Source of the DNA: Akkermansiaceae bacterium | GTDB lineage: Bacteria > Verrucomicrobiota > Verrucomicrobiia > Verrucomicrobiales > Akkermansiaceae | NCBI GenBank assembly: GCA_051251915.1 | Contig: JBPOGF010000015.1 | Coordinates: 1 to 64,000 of the forward strand | Direction: 5' to 3' | DNA length: 64,000 bases | Shown: positions 18,798 through 29,341 of the stretch, piece after piece | Numbering within the stretch: position 1 is the first letter of the stretch | Layout of the letters: every line of letters starts with the position of its first letter | Notes under the pieces: generated by a model | Told to the model about the DNA's origin: nothing | Seen by the model: the letters and a program-made list of their open reading frames with translations, nothing else | Database searches by the model: none | Position numbers and translations under genes: made by a program

Positions 18798-20708
18798 TTA
18801 GTTTTCCAGATCAATGAATTTATAGGGCTGGTTCTTCATGATCTTAGGGTGCCAATTCTTGACTGATTCATGGTGTAGGTAGTTACTCGTATACCAGTAG
18901 AGGGGGACGATAGGCATGTCGTTCATGTAGATCGCCTCTGCTTCTTGAAGCTTTTGGATTCTATCTAGAGGGTCTGTTGCTTTTTCGGCTTGCTTGAGCT
19001 TGTCCTCGTAGGCTTGGCTGCTCCAACCAGTGCGGTTATTTCCGTCACCTTTTTTCCAGATATCCAAGAATGTGGTTGGGTCAGGGTAGTCACCGATCCA
19101 GCCGCCAGTGGCGATTCCGTAGTCGAGCTTAGACATCCGTGTCTGGTAACTAGCCCATTCGCGCTGCTCGATCTTTACATCGATTCCTAGTTCTTGGAGC
19201 CACATTGCTTGGAGTGCTTCGGCTACTGTTTTAGCACCTTCTTTATCCGTTGTGAGAAGGATAATTTTGAGATCGCTTGGATTGTCAGCATACTTGGTTT
19301 TAGCTAGATACTCTTTTGCTTTCTCGGGGTCGTAACCGAAGTCTCTGGTGGTGTCATATTTTCCCATGGGAGGGACGATGCCTGTGGCTACTTGTTGTCC
19401 ACCTTTTAGCACGTATTTAATGAGTGACTCTGAATCTGTCGCGTAAGCTATCGCTTTGCGGACATTGATGTCATCTAGTCCTTCTTGGTTGTTATTAAAA
19501 CGGAGGAAATTTGTGCCTAGATAGGTTTCTTGGCGGGTATTCTGCGGGAAATTCTTGGCTGAGTATTCGATTAACTCTGGAGCGAGCGAGTAAGTTGTGT
19601 GGAGTTGATCGTTATAGAACATGCGTGCTTCAGTGTAGGTGTTAGAGATGGGGAGGAAGACGACGCCATTGAGCTTCACAGAATCGTAGTCCCAGTAGTA
19701 TGGGTTTCTATCTACTTCGATTTTGTAATTGAATTTCCAGGTCTTCATTTTGAACGGACCATTAGAGACGAAATTCTCTGGCTCTGTCCATTTAGTGCGG
19801 CGCTCTGAGATGGTTCCGTGTTGGAGAACTACATGCTTAGGAACTGGATACCAGGTGTAGTGCTTGGTGAGATCTGGAAGAAAGAGGATGGATGAGCGAA
19901 GGTTTATCTTGATGGTGTGGTCATCAATGGCGGTGATGCCGACGCCAGCAAGATCCCAGAGATCTTTACCGTGGTTAGCTAAATAGGTTCTGAGGACTGC
20001 TTGTTGCATTTCTGTTTCAACATTTTCAGGCCAGGTAAAGAGGCTGGTATCGTCCTTGACGGCTGTGAGCACAGGCTTCTCTATGCGGTTTAGGCCGCTG
20101 CCTTTGATGTAGGTAATCTTCTCTTCTTTGCTAAGGTCTGCGAAGTCTTTACTTTCAAATTGCTTTAGATCGATTCCTTCAGCGCCTCGGAAGTTGATCT
20201 CCTTAAGTTCTTCCCAGCTATCTTTGAACTCATCGCTGTTTTTGACTAAATAGATGTCGCGGTGGTCTTTGTTATAGTCTTCTGCACCCTCCATGTAATA
20301 GAGCATGGATGAGTATTTGGCACCGAAGCTAGGGCTGAGCATGCGGTGATAAGAGAATACGAAGTCTTCTGCGGTGACTGGTTCGCCATCTGACCATTTG
20401 CCGTCTTTTTGAAGTTTGAATACCCACTCAGTGTAATCTTCATTTGCTGTCCATGATGACGCGGCTCCGGGTCTATGAATGGTCGCATCTACAGGATCTT
20501 CGACACAGAGGCCTTCATTAGTGGCGCGAATAATGGTGCTCTCGATGACACCTGTAACTACCTGAGGATCGAGTCCAGCCGGCTCATTGCTATTACCGAC
20601 AATTAGGATTTTTTCTTTGGTGTAATTATCTAAAGTCGATTCGGATTTGCAGTAGCAAAGACTGAAGGAAATTGTTAGATAGGAGATAAGTTGGATTACT
20701 CGCTTCAT
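18798..20708 (-). CDS. oppA: oligopeptide ABC transporter substrate-binding lipoprotein (OppA-type)
   Basis: Lipoprotein-like signal; EPAGLDP, KWSDGEPVTAEDF, VSNGPF, WIGDYPDP. Confidence 0.92.
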   Translation of the reverse strand: MKRVIQLISYLTISFSLCYCKSESTLDNYTKEKILIVGNSNEPAGLDPQVVTGVIESTIIRATNEGLCVEDPVDATIHRPGAASSWTANEDYTEWVFKLQKDGKWSDGEPVTAEDFVFSYHRMLSPSFGAKYSSMLYYMEGAEDYNKDHRDIYLVKNSDEFKDSWEELKEINFRGAEGIDLKQFESKDFADLSKEEKITYIKGSGLNRIEKPVLTAVKDDTSLFTWPENVETEMQQAVLRTYLANHGKDLWDLAGVGITAIDDHTIKINLRSSILFLPDLTKHYTWYPVPKHVVLQHGTISERRTKWTEPENFVSNGPFKMKTWKFNYKIEVDRNPYYWDYDSVKLNGVVFLPISNTYTEARMFYNDQLHTTYSLAPELIEYSAKNFPQNTRQETYLGTNFLRFNNNQEGLDDINVRKAIAYATDSESLIKYVLKGGQQVATGIVPPMGKYDTTRDFGYDPEKAKEYLAKTKYADNPSDLKIILLTTDKEGAKTVAEALQAMWLQELGIDVKIEQREWASYQTRMSKLDYGIATGGWIGDYPDPTTFLDIWKKGDGNNRTGWSSQAYEDKLKQAEKATDPLDRIQKLQEAEAIYMNDMPIVPLYWYTSNYLHHESVKNWHPKIMKNQPYKFIDLEN

Positions 20709-20894
20709 GTTGGAGGGAAATTGCAGTATTTTCAGCGAGCATGCACACCTTTTTTTTAAGTTGGCACCTATTTTTCAGTCAAATCTGGCTTTTCGGTCAC
20801 TTTCGCAAACACTTGCTTGATCTATGCCGTTGAACTCCCTAGTAAATGAGTAATCTTGTTAACCATTAAGTGTTGATGGTAACTACTACGATCT

Positions 20895-22244
20895 ATGAAA
20901 GCTTATTTTATCCGACGATTACTTCTTCTGCCGATCACATTATTCGGGATCACAGCTATTGTATTCATGATCACTAGGGTCGCACCTGGTGGGCCGATGG
21001 ATCAACTCCTCATGCAGAGCGCCGCCACTGATGGGCAGAAATCTAATAGCAACAAGGGCTCAGGGGGGCTTAGTGATGAGGACATAGAGGCGATGGAAGA
21101 GGAGTTTGGAATCGATAAGAGTGCACCTCATGCCTATTTCCAGTGGTTAGGGGTATTGCCTAGAGAGAACTATATTTCTAAATCTGAATTCAGAGTAGAT
21201 AATGGAGTGGTGAAACTAGATGGTGGCCGTGAAATGGTCCGTGTGGTGGTGAAAGGCGAAGACAAGATCGTGGAAATCACGCGTGATGGTGATGAAATAG
21301 TGCAAGCAGTTTATGCTGATAGTGGTAAAGCGGTTACTGAAAATGGCTGGGAAGTAAGGTTAGAAACCCCGCTAGATAGAAAGCTGCGTAAGGAGAATAG
21401 GAGTAAAGGAAAGGAAGTGAAAGAGTCAGACTTTAGTTATAGAGCCGTGGTCTTTAAACCTGCGTTTTCTGGGATTATCCAGGGTGATTTTAGGAATAGC
21501 AGAAAGTATCAAGATCCGGTGATGTCGATGATCGGTGATAAGGTTCCTATCTCCCTGTATTTTGGGATTCTCTCATCTATTATTATTTATGGAATATGTA
21601 TCCCGCTTGGTATAGTGAAGGCAATTAGGCACCGGACGTTTGTTGATAATTTCTCGTCGATCCTGATTTTCCTCGGATACTCAATTCCTGGGTTTGCTCT
21701 TGGTGCGATCATGTTGACGTATTTCGGTGTTGAGAAGCAGATCTTCCCATTGTTCGGGTTAATCAGTCCTGAGTATGAGTCACTGAGCTTTATGGAGAGA
21801 ATCTCTAACTGGGAGGTAATCAAGGATCTCTTCATGCATACTGTTCTTCCGCTAATCTGCTATGTGATTGGAGGTTTTGCGATGACTACGATGATGATGA
21901 AGAATAACCTAATGGATAATTTAGCGGCAGATTATGTGCGCACTGCGATGGCGAAAGGAGTTCCTTTTAGAAAGGCTGTGTTTAATCATGCCTTCAGGAA
22001 CTCGATGATTCCGATAGCCACTGGGTTAGGTGGACTCATCTCGATATTTGTAGGGGGCTCGATGTTGGTCGAAACTGTGTTTGATATCGATGGTTTTGGA
22101 TTGATGCAGTTTAAAGCGGTATTAGCAAAAGACATGCCTCTGATCATGGGGACATTAACGATCTCAGCGTTTTTAATGTTACTTGGGAACATCCTGTCGG
22201 ACATCATTGTGGCGATGATTGATCCAAGAATTAAGTTTAACTAA
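20895..22244 (+). CDS. peptide ABC transporter permease, YejB-like
   Basis: AYFIRRLLL, APGGP, YSIPGF, DYVRTAMAKG, IDPRIKF. Confidence 0.88.
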   Translation: MKAYFIRRLLLLPITLFGITAIVFMITRVAPGGPMDQLLMQSAATDGQKSNSNKGSGGLSDEDIEAMEEEFGIDKSAPHAYFQWLGVLPRENYISKSEFRVDNGVVKLDGGREMVRVVVKGEDKIVEITRDGDEIVQAVYADSGKAVTENGWEVRLETPLDRKLRKENRSKGKEVKESDFSYRAVVFKPAFSGIIQGDFRNSRKYQDPVMSMIGDKVPISLYFGILSSIIIYGICIPLGIVKAIRHRTFVDNFSSILIFLGYSIPGFALGAIMLTYFGVEKQIFPLFGLISPEYESLSFMERISNWEVIKDLFMHTVLPLICYVIGGFAMTTMMMKNNLMDNLAADYVRTAMAKGVPFRKAVFNHAFRNSMIPIATGLGGLISIFVGGSMLVETVFDIDGFGLMQFKAVLAKDMPLIMGTLTISAFLMLLGNILSDIIVAMIDPRIKFN

Positions 22245-22258
22245 ATCAAAGAAATCTA

Positions 22259-23788
22259 GTGAGGAAATTAGCAATATTTTTAATAGTCGCCGGCGTTCTT
22301 TCGGCTTTGGGGTGGTTATGTGGCATAGATTTACCAACGTTTAGTTGGTTCTATGATGTGTCATCTGCTTTTGGTTATGTGAGTAGTCTTGCGATGATCG
22401 CACTGGGCGGTTGGATGCTCTCCACGGGGCAGAAGCATTTCAGTTTTAAGCCGATGACGCAGCGTAGACTTGAGCGTTTTAAATCGATCGGCAGGGGATA
22501 CTGGGCGTTTGTTATTTTAGTGTCCTTGATTCTATTTGCTTGTTTAGATCAACTAGTGGTTGGGAAGCGAGCGTTAGTGGTGAAGCATGATGGAGAACTC
22601 TACTTTCCTGCATTGGCTCAGAAGATCTATAAGAACAAAGATTTTGGGATTACGGGTGATGCTGCTGAGTCTGAAGTGAATTTTAGAGACCTTAAAAAGA
22701 AGCTTTCAAAAGAAGACGGCAATTGGGTTATCATGCCATTTGTTCCTTACGATCCAACTAAAGATATGATCTCGGCTATTTCTAAAGATGTGGAGATTAA
22801 GGACGGACTAGTCTACGGAACACGTTCAAGTGAACTATACAACGGTCAGGCTGCGACGCTTTATATAGAAGATGACCCTGAGGCGGTGCACATGCGTTAT
22901 AAATACCGTAAAGGTAAGCGTGTGGGTGAAGCTACAGGTAAGAATATAGATCGGCAAACTGTCTACACTGCTACCTATGTGGATGGGGTGGTAGTTAGCG
23001 AAAGGTATACTGGTGAGGGGAGTAAGGAAGACTTTTTGAATCAGGAGACGAGTGCTCTCAAGCGTATTTTCTACAATCCTACACCTGCTAGTTTTAAGGA
23101 CTATCATTACTTAGGCACGGATTCAAAAGGGAATGATATTTTTGCCTATCTGTATGGTGGGTTGCAGGTGAATCTAAAAGCTGCTGTTATTTATATTCCG
23201 ATTGTTTATATAGTTGGGATTACGATAGGGCTTTTAATGGGGTTTTATGGTGGAACGGCTGACATCTTAATCCAGAGGGTGATTGAAATTTTCTCAAACA
23301 TTCCATTTCTGTTCGTAATTTTGATTCTCAGTGGACTCGTGCCAGATGAATATAAGGGGCTGGGCATGATTCTCACTATTTTGGTTATCTTTGGCTGGAT
23401 GAATCTCACTTACTTAATGAGAACTGCCGCGCTTAAGGAAAAGGCCAGGGACTATGTTGCGGCTGCCCGAGTGATGGGAGCTACGACTCCGAGGATTATA
23501 TTTAAGCATATTTTACCGAATGCTGTGGCTATTATTGTGACAGTGATACCTTTCAGTGTTTCGTCTATTATTCTGTCCCTCACTTCACTGGATTACCTAG
23601 GCTTCGGTCTTCCTCCTCGATACGCTACATGGGGAAGTCTACTACAGGATGGACTTGCAAATCTTTCTGCACCGTGGATTGTAGGTTCTTCTTTCTTTAT
23701 GCTCGTCTTGGTGTTGATTTTGGTGACCTTCATTGGGGAAGCGGTCAGAGAGGCATTTGATCCTAAGAAATTCACTACTTACCGCTAA
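22259..23788 (+). CDS. peptide ABC transporter permease, YejE-like
   Basis: RFK..RGYW, HYLGTD..GND, LTSLDYLGFGLP, FIGEAVREAFDP; GTG start. Confidence 0.88.
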   Translation: MRKLAIFLIVAGVLSALGWLCGIDLPTFSWFYDVSSAFGYVSSLAMIALGGWMLSTGQKHFSFKPMTQRRLERFKSIGRGYWAFVILVSLILFACLDQLVVGKRALVVKHDGELYFPALAQKIYKNKDFGITGDAAESEVNFRDLKKKLSKEDGNWVIMPFVPYDPTKDMISAISKDVEIKDGLVYGTRSSELYNGQAATLYIEDDPEAVHMRYKYRKGKRVGEATGKNIDRQTVYTATYVDGVVVSERYTGEGSKEDFLNQETSALKRIFYNPTPASFKDYHYLGTDSKGNDIFAYLYGGLQVNLKAAVIYIPIVYIVGITIGLLMGFYGGTADILIQRVIEIFSNIPFLFVILILSGLVPDEYKGLGMILTILVIFGWMNLTYLMRTAALKEKARDYVAAARVMGATTPRIIFKHILPNAVAIIVTVIPFSVSSIILSLTSLDYLGFGLPPRYATWGSLLQDGLANLSAPWIVGSSFFMLVLVLILVTFIGEAVREAFDPKKFTTYR

Positions 23789-23808
23789 TAACAGATACTA
23801 TAAAAAAG

Positions 23809-25929
23809 ATGAAATTTTTTAAATCAATAGCTACAGCAGTTCTATGTTGCTCATGTGTGCTAATTCAGACTCAGTGTAAATCAGGCGAGACGGTATCTGG
23901 CGCTCAACTCTATGATCTCGAATCATTTATTGTAAGGCATAATAAGGATGTGAACCTTTGGGTGGATGGTGAAATTGTAAAGATTCAAGATAAGAGATCT
24001 GAATTAGATAAAAAGCTTAGTCAACTCACGCTGAGTAATGAGACATTATCGGAAGATGATGAGAAACTTAAGCGCAAGTTGGAACGGTCGATAGAGTCTA
24101 ACCAGAGAGATCTGGAAAAATTTGAGTATAGAAAAAGCTTAGGAGAATATTTCTCGTTTAAAACTCCTGAAGATATTCCTGCAAACCTTGTCTGGCAGGA
24201 TGGTATGGATGAGGCAGAGGTAGGCGACCCTAAAGCTTTAAAGGGCGGGACATTTAATTACTTCATCAATGAATTTCCAAATACTCTTAGACCATTTGGT
24301 CCTGAGGCCAATCACAGTTTCAGGAGTTATGTTTATGATGATATTGAGATTTTTCTCATTGGGCTTCACCCGGTGACTAACAAACCAATTCCAGGTTTGG
24401 CTAATCAATGGGCACTGAGTGAAGACGAGCGCACCGTGTATTATAAGCTCAACCCGAAAGCGACATACTCGGACGGTGAGTCAATTAAGGCGAAGGATTT
24501 CATGGCTGACATTTATGTGCGTTCTTCACAGAATGTATTTGATCCCTACTATGAGCAATATTTTAAAGAGCAAATAGCTAACATTACGGTTTATGATGAG
24601 CTGACTTTATCAGTCACTCTTCCTGAGAAAAAGCCAGACATGTATTACTCAACCACATTGAGACCTGCATCACCGAAATTCTATGCTGAGTATGGTCCAG
24701 ATTATAAAGAGCGCTATCAATGGAGGGTTCCTCCAACCACTGGGGCGTATGATTTGAAACCGGAAAACATTAAAAAAGGTCGTTCACTCACAATGACTCG
24801 TGTCAAAGACTGGTGGGCTAAGGACCATAAATATTATCGTTATCGTTTCAATGCTGACCGGATTCGCTATCTAATCATTAGGGATATTTCTAAGTGTTTT
24901 GAATTGTTCAAGATCGGAGAAATTGATGCATTCTGGATACACTCTCCTAGTTATTGGTATGAGAAAACTGAAGTGGAGCCTGTGTTTAACGGTTATATCG
25001 AAAAGAAGAAGTTTTTCCGAGATTGGCCAATTATTCCATGGGGGATTTATCTTAACGTAGAAGAAGGAATTCTGAAAAATAAGGATGTTAGAGTTGGGTT
25101 GAATTATGCGATGAATTACCAGAAAGTTAACGACCAGATGTATCGTGGTGATTACATACGGATCAATCAGTTTAGTGATGGCTTTGGCCGCTTCACAAAT
25201 AAATCGATCAAGGCTAGAAAATTCAATCCCAAGATAGCTCGTGAATATTTCGCTAAAGCAGGCTTCACAAAAGAGGGGCCAGACCGGATTTTAAGAAATG
25301 AGGCAGGGGTGAAACTTTCCTTTAGTTGTACTATCCGACAAGAACCAGGGAGAATGCAAATGCTTTCAATACTGCAGTCTGAAGCACTTGACTGTGGAGT
25401 GGAATTAAAAATCGACGCGGCTGAGATGAGTGTGGCGTTTGCGAAGACATCAGAAAAAAGGCACGAATCTACATTTAGTGCCTGGGGTGTTCTACCGCCA
25501 ACACCAAAATATAGACAGTTTTTCCACTCCGAGTCTGCATTCGATGAAACGGGCGCTCGCAATAAGAGCTCTAACAACCAAAACGTTTTTGCTAATGAAC
25601 GCATGGATATTTTAGCGGATCAGGTGAGGAATGCACGGACCTACGACGAGTTGGAAAAAGCAGCCCATGAAGCACAGCAGATCATCCACGACGAAGGGAT
25701 TTTCATTCCGGGAGTGGATAGAGATTATACTGCAATTGGTCATTGGCGTTGGATGAAATGGCCGGATAGTGAAACCACTAAATTTAGTTACCCTGCAATC
25801 TATGAACCGATGGAGACTTATCTCTACTGGATCGATGAGGAAGTGAAGAAAGAGACCTTAAAAGCGAGGAAAGAAGGCAGGACGTTTCCTGAAGTAGAGC
25901 AAGTCATCGATGACTATCGTATTAATTAA
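23809..25929 (+). CDS. extracellular solute-binding protein family 5, YejA-like lipoprotein
   Basis: Lipoprotein-like signal; GDPKALKGG, GRSLTMTRVKDWWAKD, FNADRIRY. Confidence 0.87.
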   Translation: MKFFKSIATAVLCCSCVLIQTQCKSGETVSGAQLYDLESFIVRHNKDVNLWVDGEIVKIQDKRSELDKKLSQLTLSNETLSEDDEKLKRKLERSIESNQRDLEKFEYRKSLGEYFSFKTPEDIPANLVWQDGMDEAEVGDPKALKGGTFNYFINEFPNTLRPFGPEANHSFRSYVYDDIEIFLIGLHPVTNKPIPGLANQWALSEDERTVYYKLNPKATYSDGESIKAKDFMADIYVRSSQNVFDPYYEQYFKEQIANITVYDELTLSVTLPEKKPDMYYSTTLRPASPKFYAEYGPDYKERYQWRVPPTTGAYDLKPENIKKGRSLTMTRVKDWWAKDHKYYRYRFNADRIRYLIIRDISKCFELFKIGEIDAFWIHSPSYWYEKTEVEPVFNGYIEKKKFFRDWPIIPWGIYLNVEEGILKNKDVRVGLNYAMNYQKVNDQMYRGDYIRINQFSDGFGRFTNKSIKARKFNPKIAREYFAKAGFTKEGPDRILRNEAGVKLSFSCTIRQEPGRMQMLSILQSEALDCGVELKIDAAEMSVAFAKTSEKRHESTFSAWGVLPPTPKYRQFFHSESAFDETGARNKSSNNQNVFANERMDILADQVRNARTYDELEKAAHEAQQIIHDEGIFIPGVDRDYTAIGHWRWMKWPDSETTKFSYPAIYEPMETYLYWIDEEVKKETLKARKEGRTFPEVEQVIDDYRIN

Positions 25930-25935
25930 TAAGCT

Positions 25936-26925
25936 ATGAATAACGTGTCAGAAGACGTATTAACCGTAAAGAATTTACAAACTGCTTTCGATACCGAGAG
26001 AGGAAGGCTTACTGCTGTCGACGGTGTGTCATTCACTGTGCCGGCAGGTAGGACAGTAGGGATTGTTGGGGAATCTGGATGTGGTAAATCAGTGACAGCC
26101 ATGTCAATTGTCCAGCTTTTACCGCAACCTGCGGGAGTGATCACTGGTGGGGAGGTGCTGTTTAAAGGTAAGAATCTCATTGGCGTGGATGAGGATACAC
26201 TCTACAATATTCGAGGGAATGAAATAGGTGTCATTTTCCAAGAGCCCATGACTGCTCTGAATCCTGTTCACCGAATTGGTAAACAGCTAAGTGAGTCACT
26301 CATGCTACATAAGGGTCTATCGAAGAAGGATGCGTGGAAAGAGTCTATTGAATTGCTCGATATGGTAGGTATTCCTTCACCTGAAATGCGTGTGAGTGAA
26401 TACCCTCACCAGCTTTCTGGTGGGATGCGACAGCGTGTGGTTATCGCCATCGCTCTGGCTTGTAAACCAGACCTTATTATAGCTGATGAGCCTACTACTG
26501 CGCTCGATGTGACTGTTCAGGCTCAGATTTTGGATTTGCTGAAGACACTACAAAAAGAGAACGGAAGTAGTGTTATTCTCATCACACATGATCTTGGGGT
26601 GATCGCTGAGACTTGTGATGAAGTCGTGGTGATGTATGCTGGAAGGGTGGTAGAACAAGCACCCGTTCTTAATATTTTCAAAAGCCCTCAACACGCGTAT
26701 ACGAAAGGACTACTTGCATCGATAGCTACGCTAGAGACTCCACGAAAAAGCGTGCTGAAAACCATACCTAACATGGTGGCTGGTATTGCGGACTTTGTTC
26801 CAGGATGTAGGTTCTGTCAACGTATGGACCGCGAGGGTGAATCACTAAAAGTAAGACCGGAATTTAAAGAAGTGGCGACTGATCACTGGGTGGAGGCATG
26901 TCCACAGTGCACAGATCATGCGTAA
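25936..26925 (+). CDS. oppD: peptide ABC transporter ATP-binding protein (OppD/DppD-type)
   Basis: [31 protein letters not shown]. Confidence 0.9.
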   Translation: MNNVSEDVLTVKNLQTAFDTERGRLTAVDGVSFTVPAGRTVGIVGESGCGKSVTAMSIVQLLPQPAGVITGGEVLFKGKNLIGVDEDTLYNIRGNEIGVIFQEPMTALNPVHRIGKQLSESLMLHKGLSKKDAWKESIELLDMVGIPSPEMRVSEYPHQLSGGMRQRVVIAIALACKPDLIIADEPTTALDVTVQAQILDLLKTLQKENGSSVILITHDLGVIAETCDEVVVMYAGRVVEQAPVLNIFKSPQHAYTKGLLASIATLETPRKSVLKTIPNMVAGIADFVPGCRFCQRMDREGESLKVRPEFKEVATDHWVEACPQCTDHA

Positions 26926-26938
26926 ATAAAGCAAGGAT

Positions 26939-27943
26939 ATGAATTTATTACAAGTCAACGACCTAAAAATGCACTTCCCAATCCATGGGGGGGTGACTGC
27001 CCGAGTGGTAGGAGCAGTGAAAGCTGTCGATGGAATCACACTTAACCTCAATAAGGGCGAAACTCTTGGCATCGTGGGGGAATCTGGTTGTGGTAAATCC
27101 ACGCTAGGTAAAGCAATAGTCAGGTTAACAAAGCCAACTTCGGGTTCGATTCATATCAACGGTAATGATGTCTCACATATGTCTCAGAGAGAACTGCGCC
27201 CGTTACGAAAGCAGTTTCAAATGATGTTCCAAGATCCGGCTGAGTCCTTAAACCCGAGGATGAGTGTGGGTGAAATCATTACTGAGCCAATGCTTATCCA
27301 GAAAATAGGTAATCCCTTCTCTAGACGAGAGCGTGCTATTGCGCTTTTAGAGCGTGTGGGGCTGCCAGCCTCTGCAGTGGATAAATTTTCTTTTGAGTTC
27401 TCAGGTGGTCAGCGCCAACGTATTGGTGTTGCTCGCGCCATTGCATTGCAGCCTGAGCTACTAGTACTAGATGAACCAGTTTCAGCGCTTGATGTTTCTG
27501 TGCAGTCTCAAGTGCTTAACTTGCTGATGGATCTGCAGAACGAGATGGGGATCGCTTACATGTTCATCGCTCATGACCTTGCTGTAGTTAAACACATATC
27601 TGACAATGTAGCGGTGATGTATCTCGGTAAAATTGTAGAGCTAGCTGATGCCGATATTATTTATAAAGATCCAAAACATGCATACACTAAGGCTCTGATT
27701 TCTGCGATTCCAGTTCCTGATCCAACCGTTAAGAAAGAACGTATCATCCTAGAAGGGGATGTTCCTTCGCCTATTAATCCACCTAAAGGTTCAGCTTTTG
27801 GGCACCGGCTAAATCATCCTAAATATAAGGAGACAGAAGGTTTAGATATGCCATTGGTAGAGATAGAGCCTGGTCATTGGGTGGCTGCCGATCCTTGTTG
27901 TTTGTCCGCAGAAGATTATCAAAGAGCGCGTTCCTTAGTTTAA
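26939..27943 (+). CDS. oppF: peptide ABC transporter ATP-binding protein (OppF/DppF-type)
   Basis: [36 protein letters not shown]. Confidence 0.9.
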   Translation: MNLLQVNDLKMHFPIHGGVTARVVGAVKAVDGITLNLNKGETLGIVGESGCGKSTLGKAIVRLTKPTSGSIHINGNDVSHMSQRELRPLRKQFQMMFQDPAESLNPRMSVGEIITEPMLIQKIGNPFSRRERAIALLERVGLPASAVDKFSFEFSGGQRQRIGVARAIALQPELLVLDEPVSALDVSVQSQVLNLLMDLQNEMGIAYMFIAHDLAVVKHISDNVAVMYLGKIVELADADIIYKDPKHAYTKALISAIPVPDPTVKKERIILEGDVPSPINPPKGSAFGHRLNHPKYKETEGLDMPLVEIEPGHWVAADPCCLSAEDYQRARSLV

Positions 27944-29287
27944 ATGAGTGACACTAAAACATTGTCAGTAACCCGTCTTGTGCGGCGAATGCGTAATCTT
28001 TTAGAGATTGAGCTGGGTGAGCTGTGGGTGGAAGGTGAGGTCTCTAACATGCGCAGGCAAGCTAGCGGTCATATATATTTCACTCTTAAAGATGCCGGTG
28101 CACAGATTAGCTGTGTGCTGTTCAAAGGGAATGCTCGATACGCCAAGGTTCAGCCAGATAACGGTAAACAGGTTAAGCTTTATGGCGAGATCAGTGTTTA
28201 TGAGGCGCGAGGGTCTGTTCAACTCATTGTTAGAAAAGTAGAGTCTGCGGGAGAAGGTGAGCTTCAGGCTAAATTTGACCAACTCAAAAACAAGCTTAAG
28301 GATGAAGGGGTATTTGATGAAGATAATAAACTTCCTATTCCTAGGTCCCCTAAAAAAGTAGGGCTAATTACGTCAGGAACCGGTGCTGCACTTCAAGACA
28401 TGCTCAATGTCCTTAGCCGTCGTGCTCCATGGGTGCAGCCAATTTTATATCCAGTTCAAGTTCAGGGAAAAGGTGCTGAAAAGGCAATTGCCCAAGCGAT
28501 CAATGAATGGTCAAGCTGGGATGAGAATGGAATGCCTGAGGTTGATGTCATTATCCTAGGTCGCGGTGGTGGGTCACTTGAAGACCTTTGGAATTTTAAC
28601 GAGGAAGTGGTAGCACGTGCGATTTTCGATTGTGAAATACCTATTGTCTCAGCGGTGGGACATGAGATTGATTTTACCATCGCAGACTTTGTCGCGGATA
28701 TGCGCGCACCTACGCCTAGTGCTGCTGCTGAATTAGTGGTTCCGGATGGTGAGGCTCTTGCGAATCGTTTAGGGCGTATAACAAGTACGATGAATCGCGC
28801 TGTTAGCTCCACTATCGAAAAACACAATGCCGTCCTCCAAGGGATGAACAGGGGAGTGTTGTCACGTTCACCGGATCGACTTCTGCGTGAGCCGTTACAG
28901 CGACTCATCTTAGCGCGGAGAGATATGGATGATGCAGTGCGTCAGTCAGTGAATTCCAAAGCTAGTGACATTCATGAATTACTCTACAGGATCACCGCGC
29001 AACGACCTGAAGCAGTCCTTGGCCGAAGATTTGATAAATTAGCTCATCTTTCACAAAAACTTACCTCTGCACTTGTTGAAAAAGTCAATCAGCATTCAAA
29101 TCAGGTTGCTGAGCTATCCTCGATGCTACGTACTTTGGGGCCTGAGAGCGTCTTTGCCCGTGGTTTTTCAGTCACTCTCAATGCGGATGGCGAAATCATA
29201 AAAGATGCTCAAAATCTGAAGGAAGGTGATACTATAACGACGAAATTACATAAAGGGAAAGTGAAGAGTAAGATCACCTCCACATAA
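27944..29287 (+). CDS. xseA: exodeoxyribonuclease VII large subunit
   Basis: WVEGEVSN, SGHIYFTLKD, RGGGSLEDLWNFNEE, AVGHEIDFT, RAPTPSAAAE. Confidence 0.97.
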   Translation: MSDTKTLSVTRLVRRMRNLLEIELGELWVEGEVSNMRRQASGHIYFTLKDAGAQISCVLFKGNARYAKVQPDNGKQVKLYGEISVYEARGSVQLIVRKVESAGEGELQAKFDQLKNKLKDEGVFDEDNKLPIPRSPKKVGLITSGTGAALQDMLNVLSRRAPWVQPILYPVQVQGKGAEKAIAQAINEWSSWDENGMPEVDVIILGRGGGSLEDLWNFNEEVVARAIFDCEIPIVSAVGHEIDFTIADFVADMRAPTPSAAAELVVPDGEALANRLGRITSTMNRAVSSTIEKHNAVLQGMNRGVLSRSPDRLLREPLQRLILARRDMDDAVRQSVNSKASDIHELLYRITAQRPEAVLGRRFDKLAHLSQKLTSALVEKVNQHSNQVAELSSMLRTLGPESVFARGFSVTLNADGEIIKDAQNLKEGDTITTKLHKGKVKSKITST

Positions 29288-29302
29288 TTTTTGTAACCTA
29301 GC

Positions 29303-29331
29303 TTGAAGACCTGCGTATAATATTGTATCTT
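29303..29331 (+). promoter_or_regulatory. putative sigma70 promoter of the DUF1800/DUF1501 pair
   Basis: TTGAAG-17 bp-TATCTT, 10 nt before ATG 29342; a TATAAT also lies at 29316-29321. Confidence 0.4.
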
Positions 29332-29341
29332 AATTGACACC

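Noticed and set aside
27941..27946. xseA abutting oppF (TAAATG) as a functional link
   Set aside because: Tight packing is common in this window and xseA has no evident relation to peptide transport.
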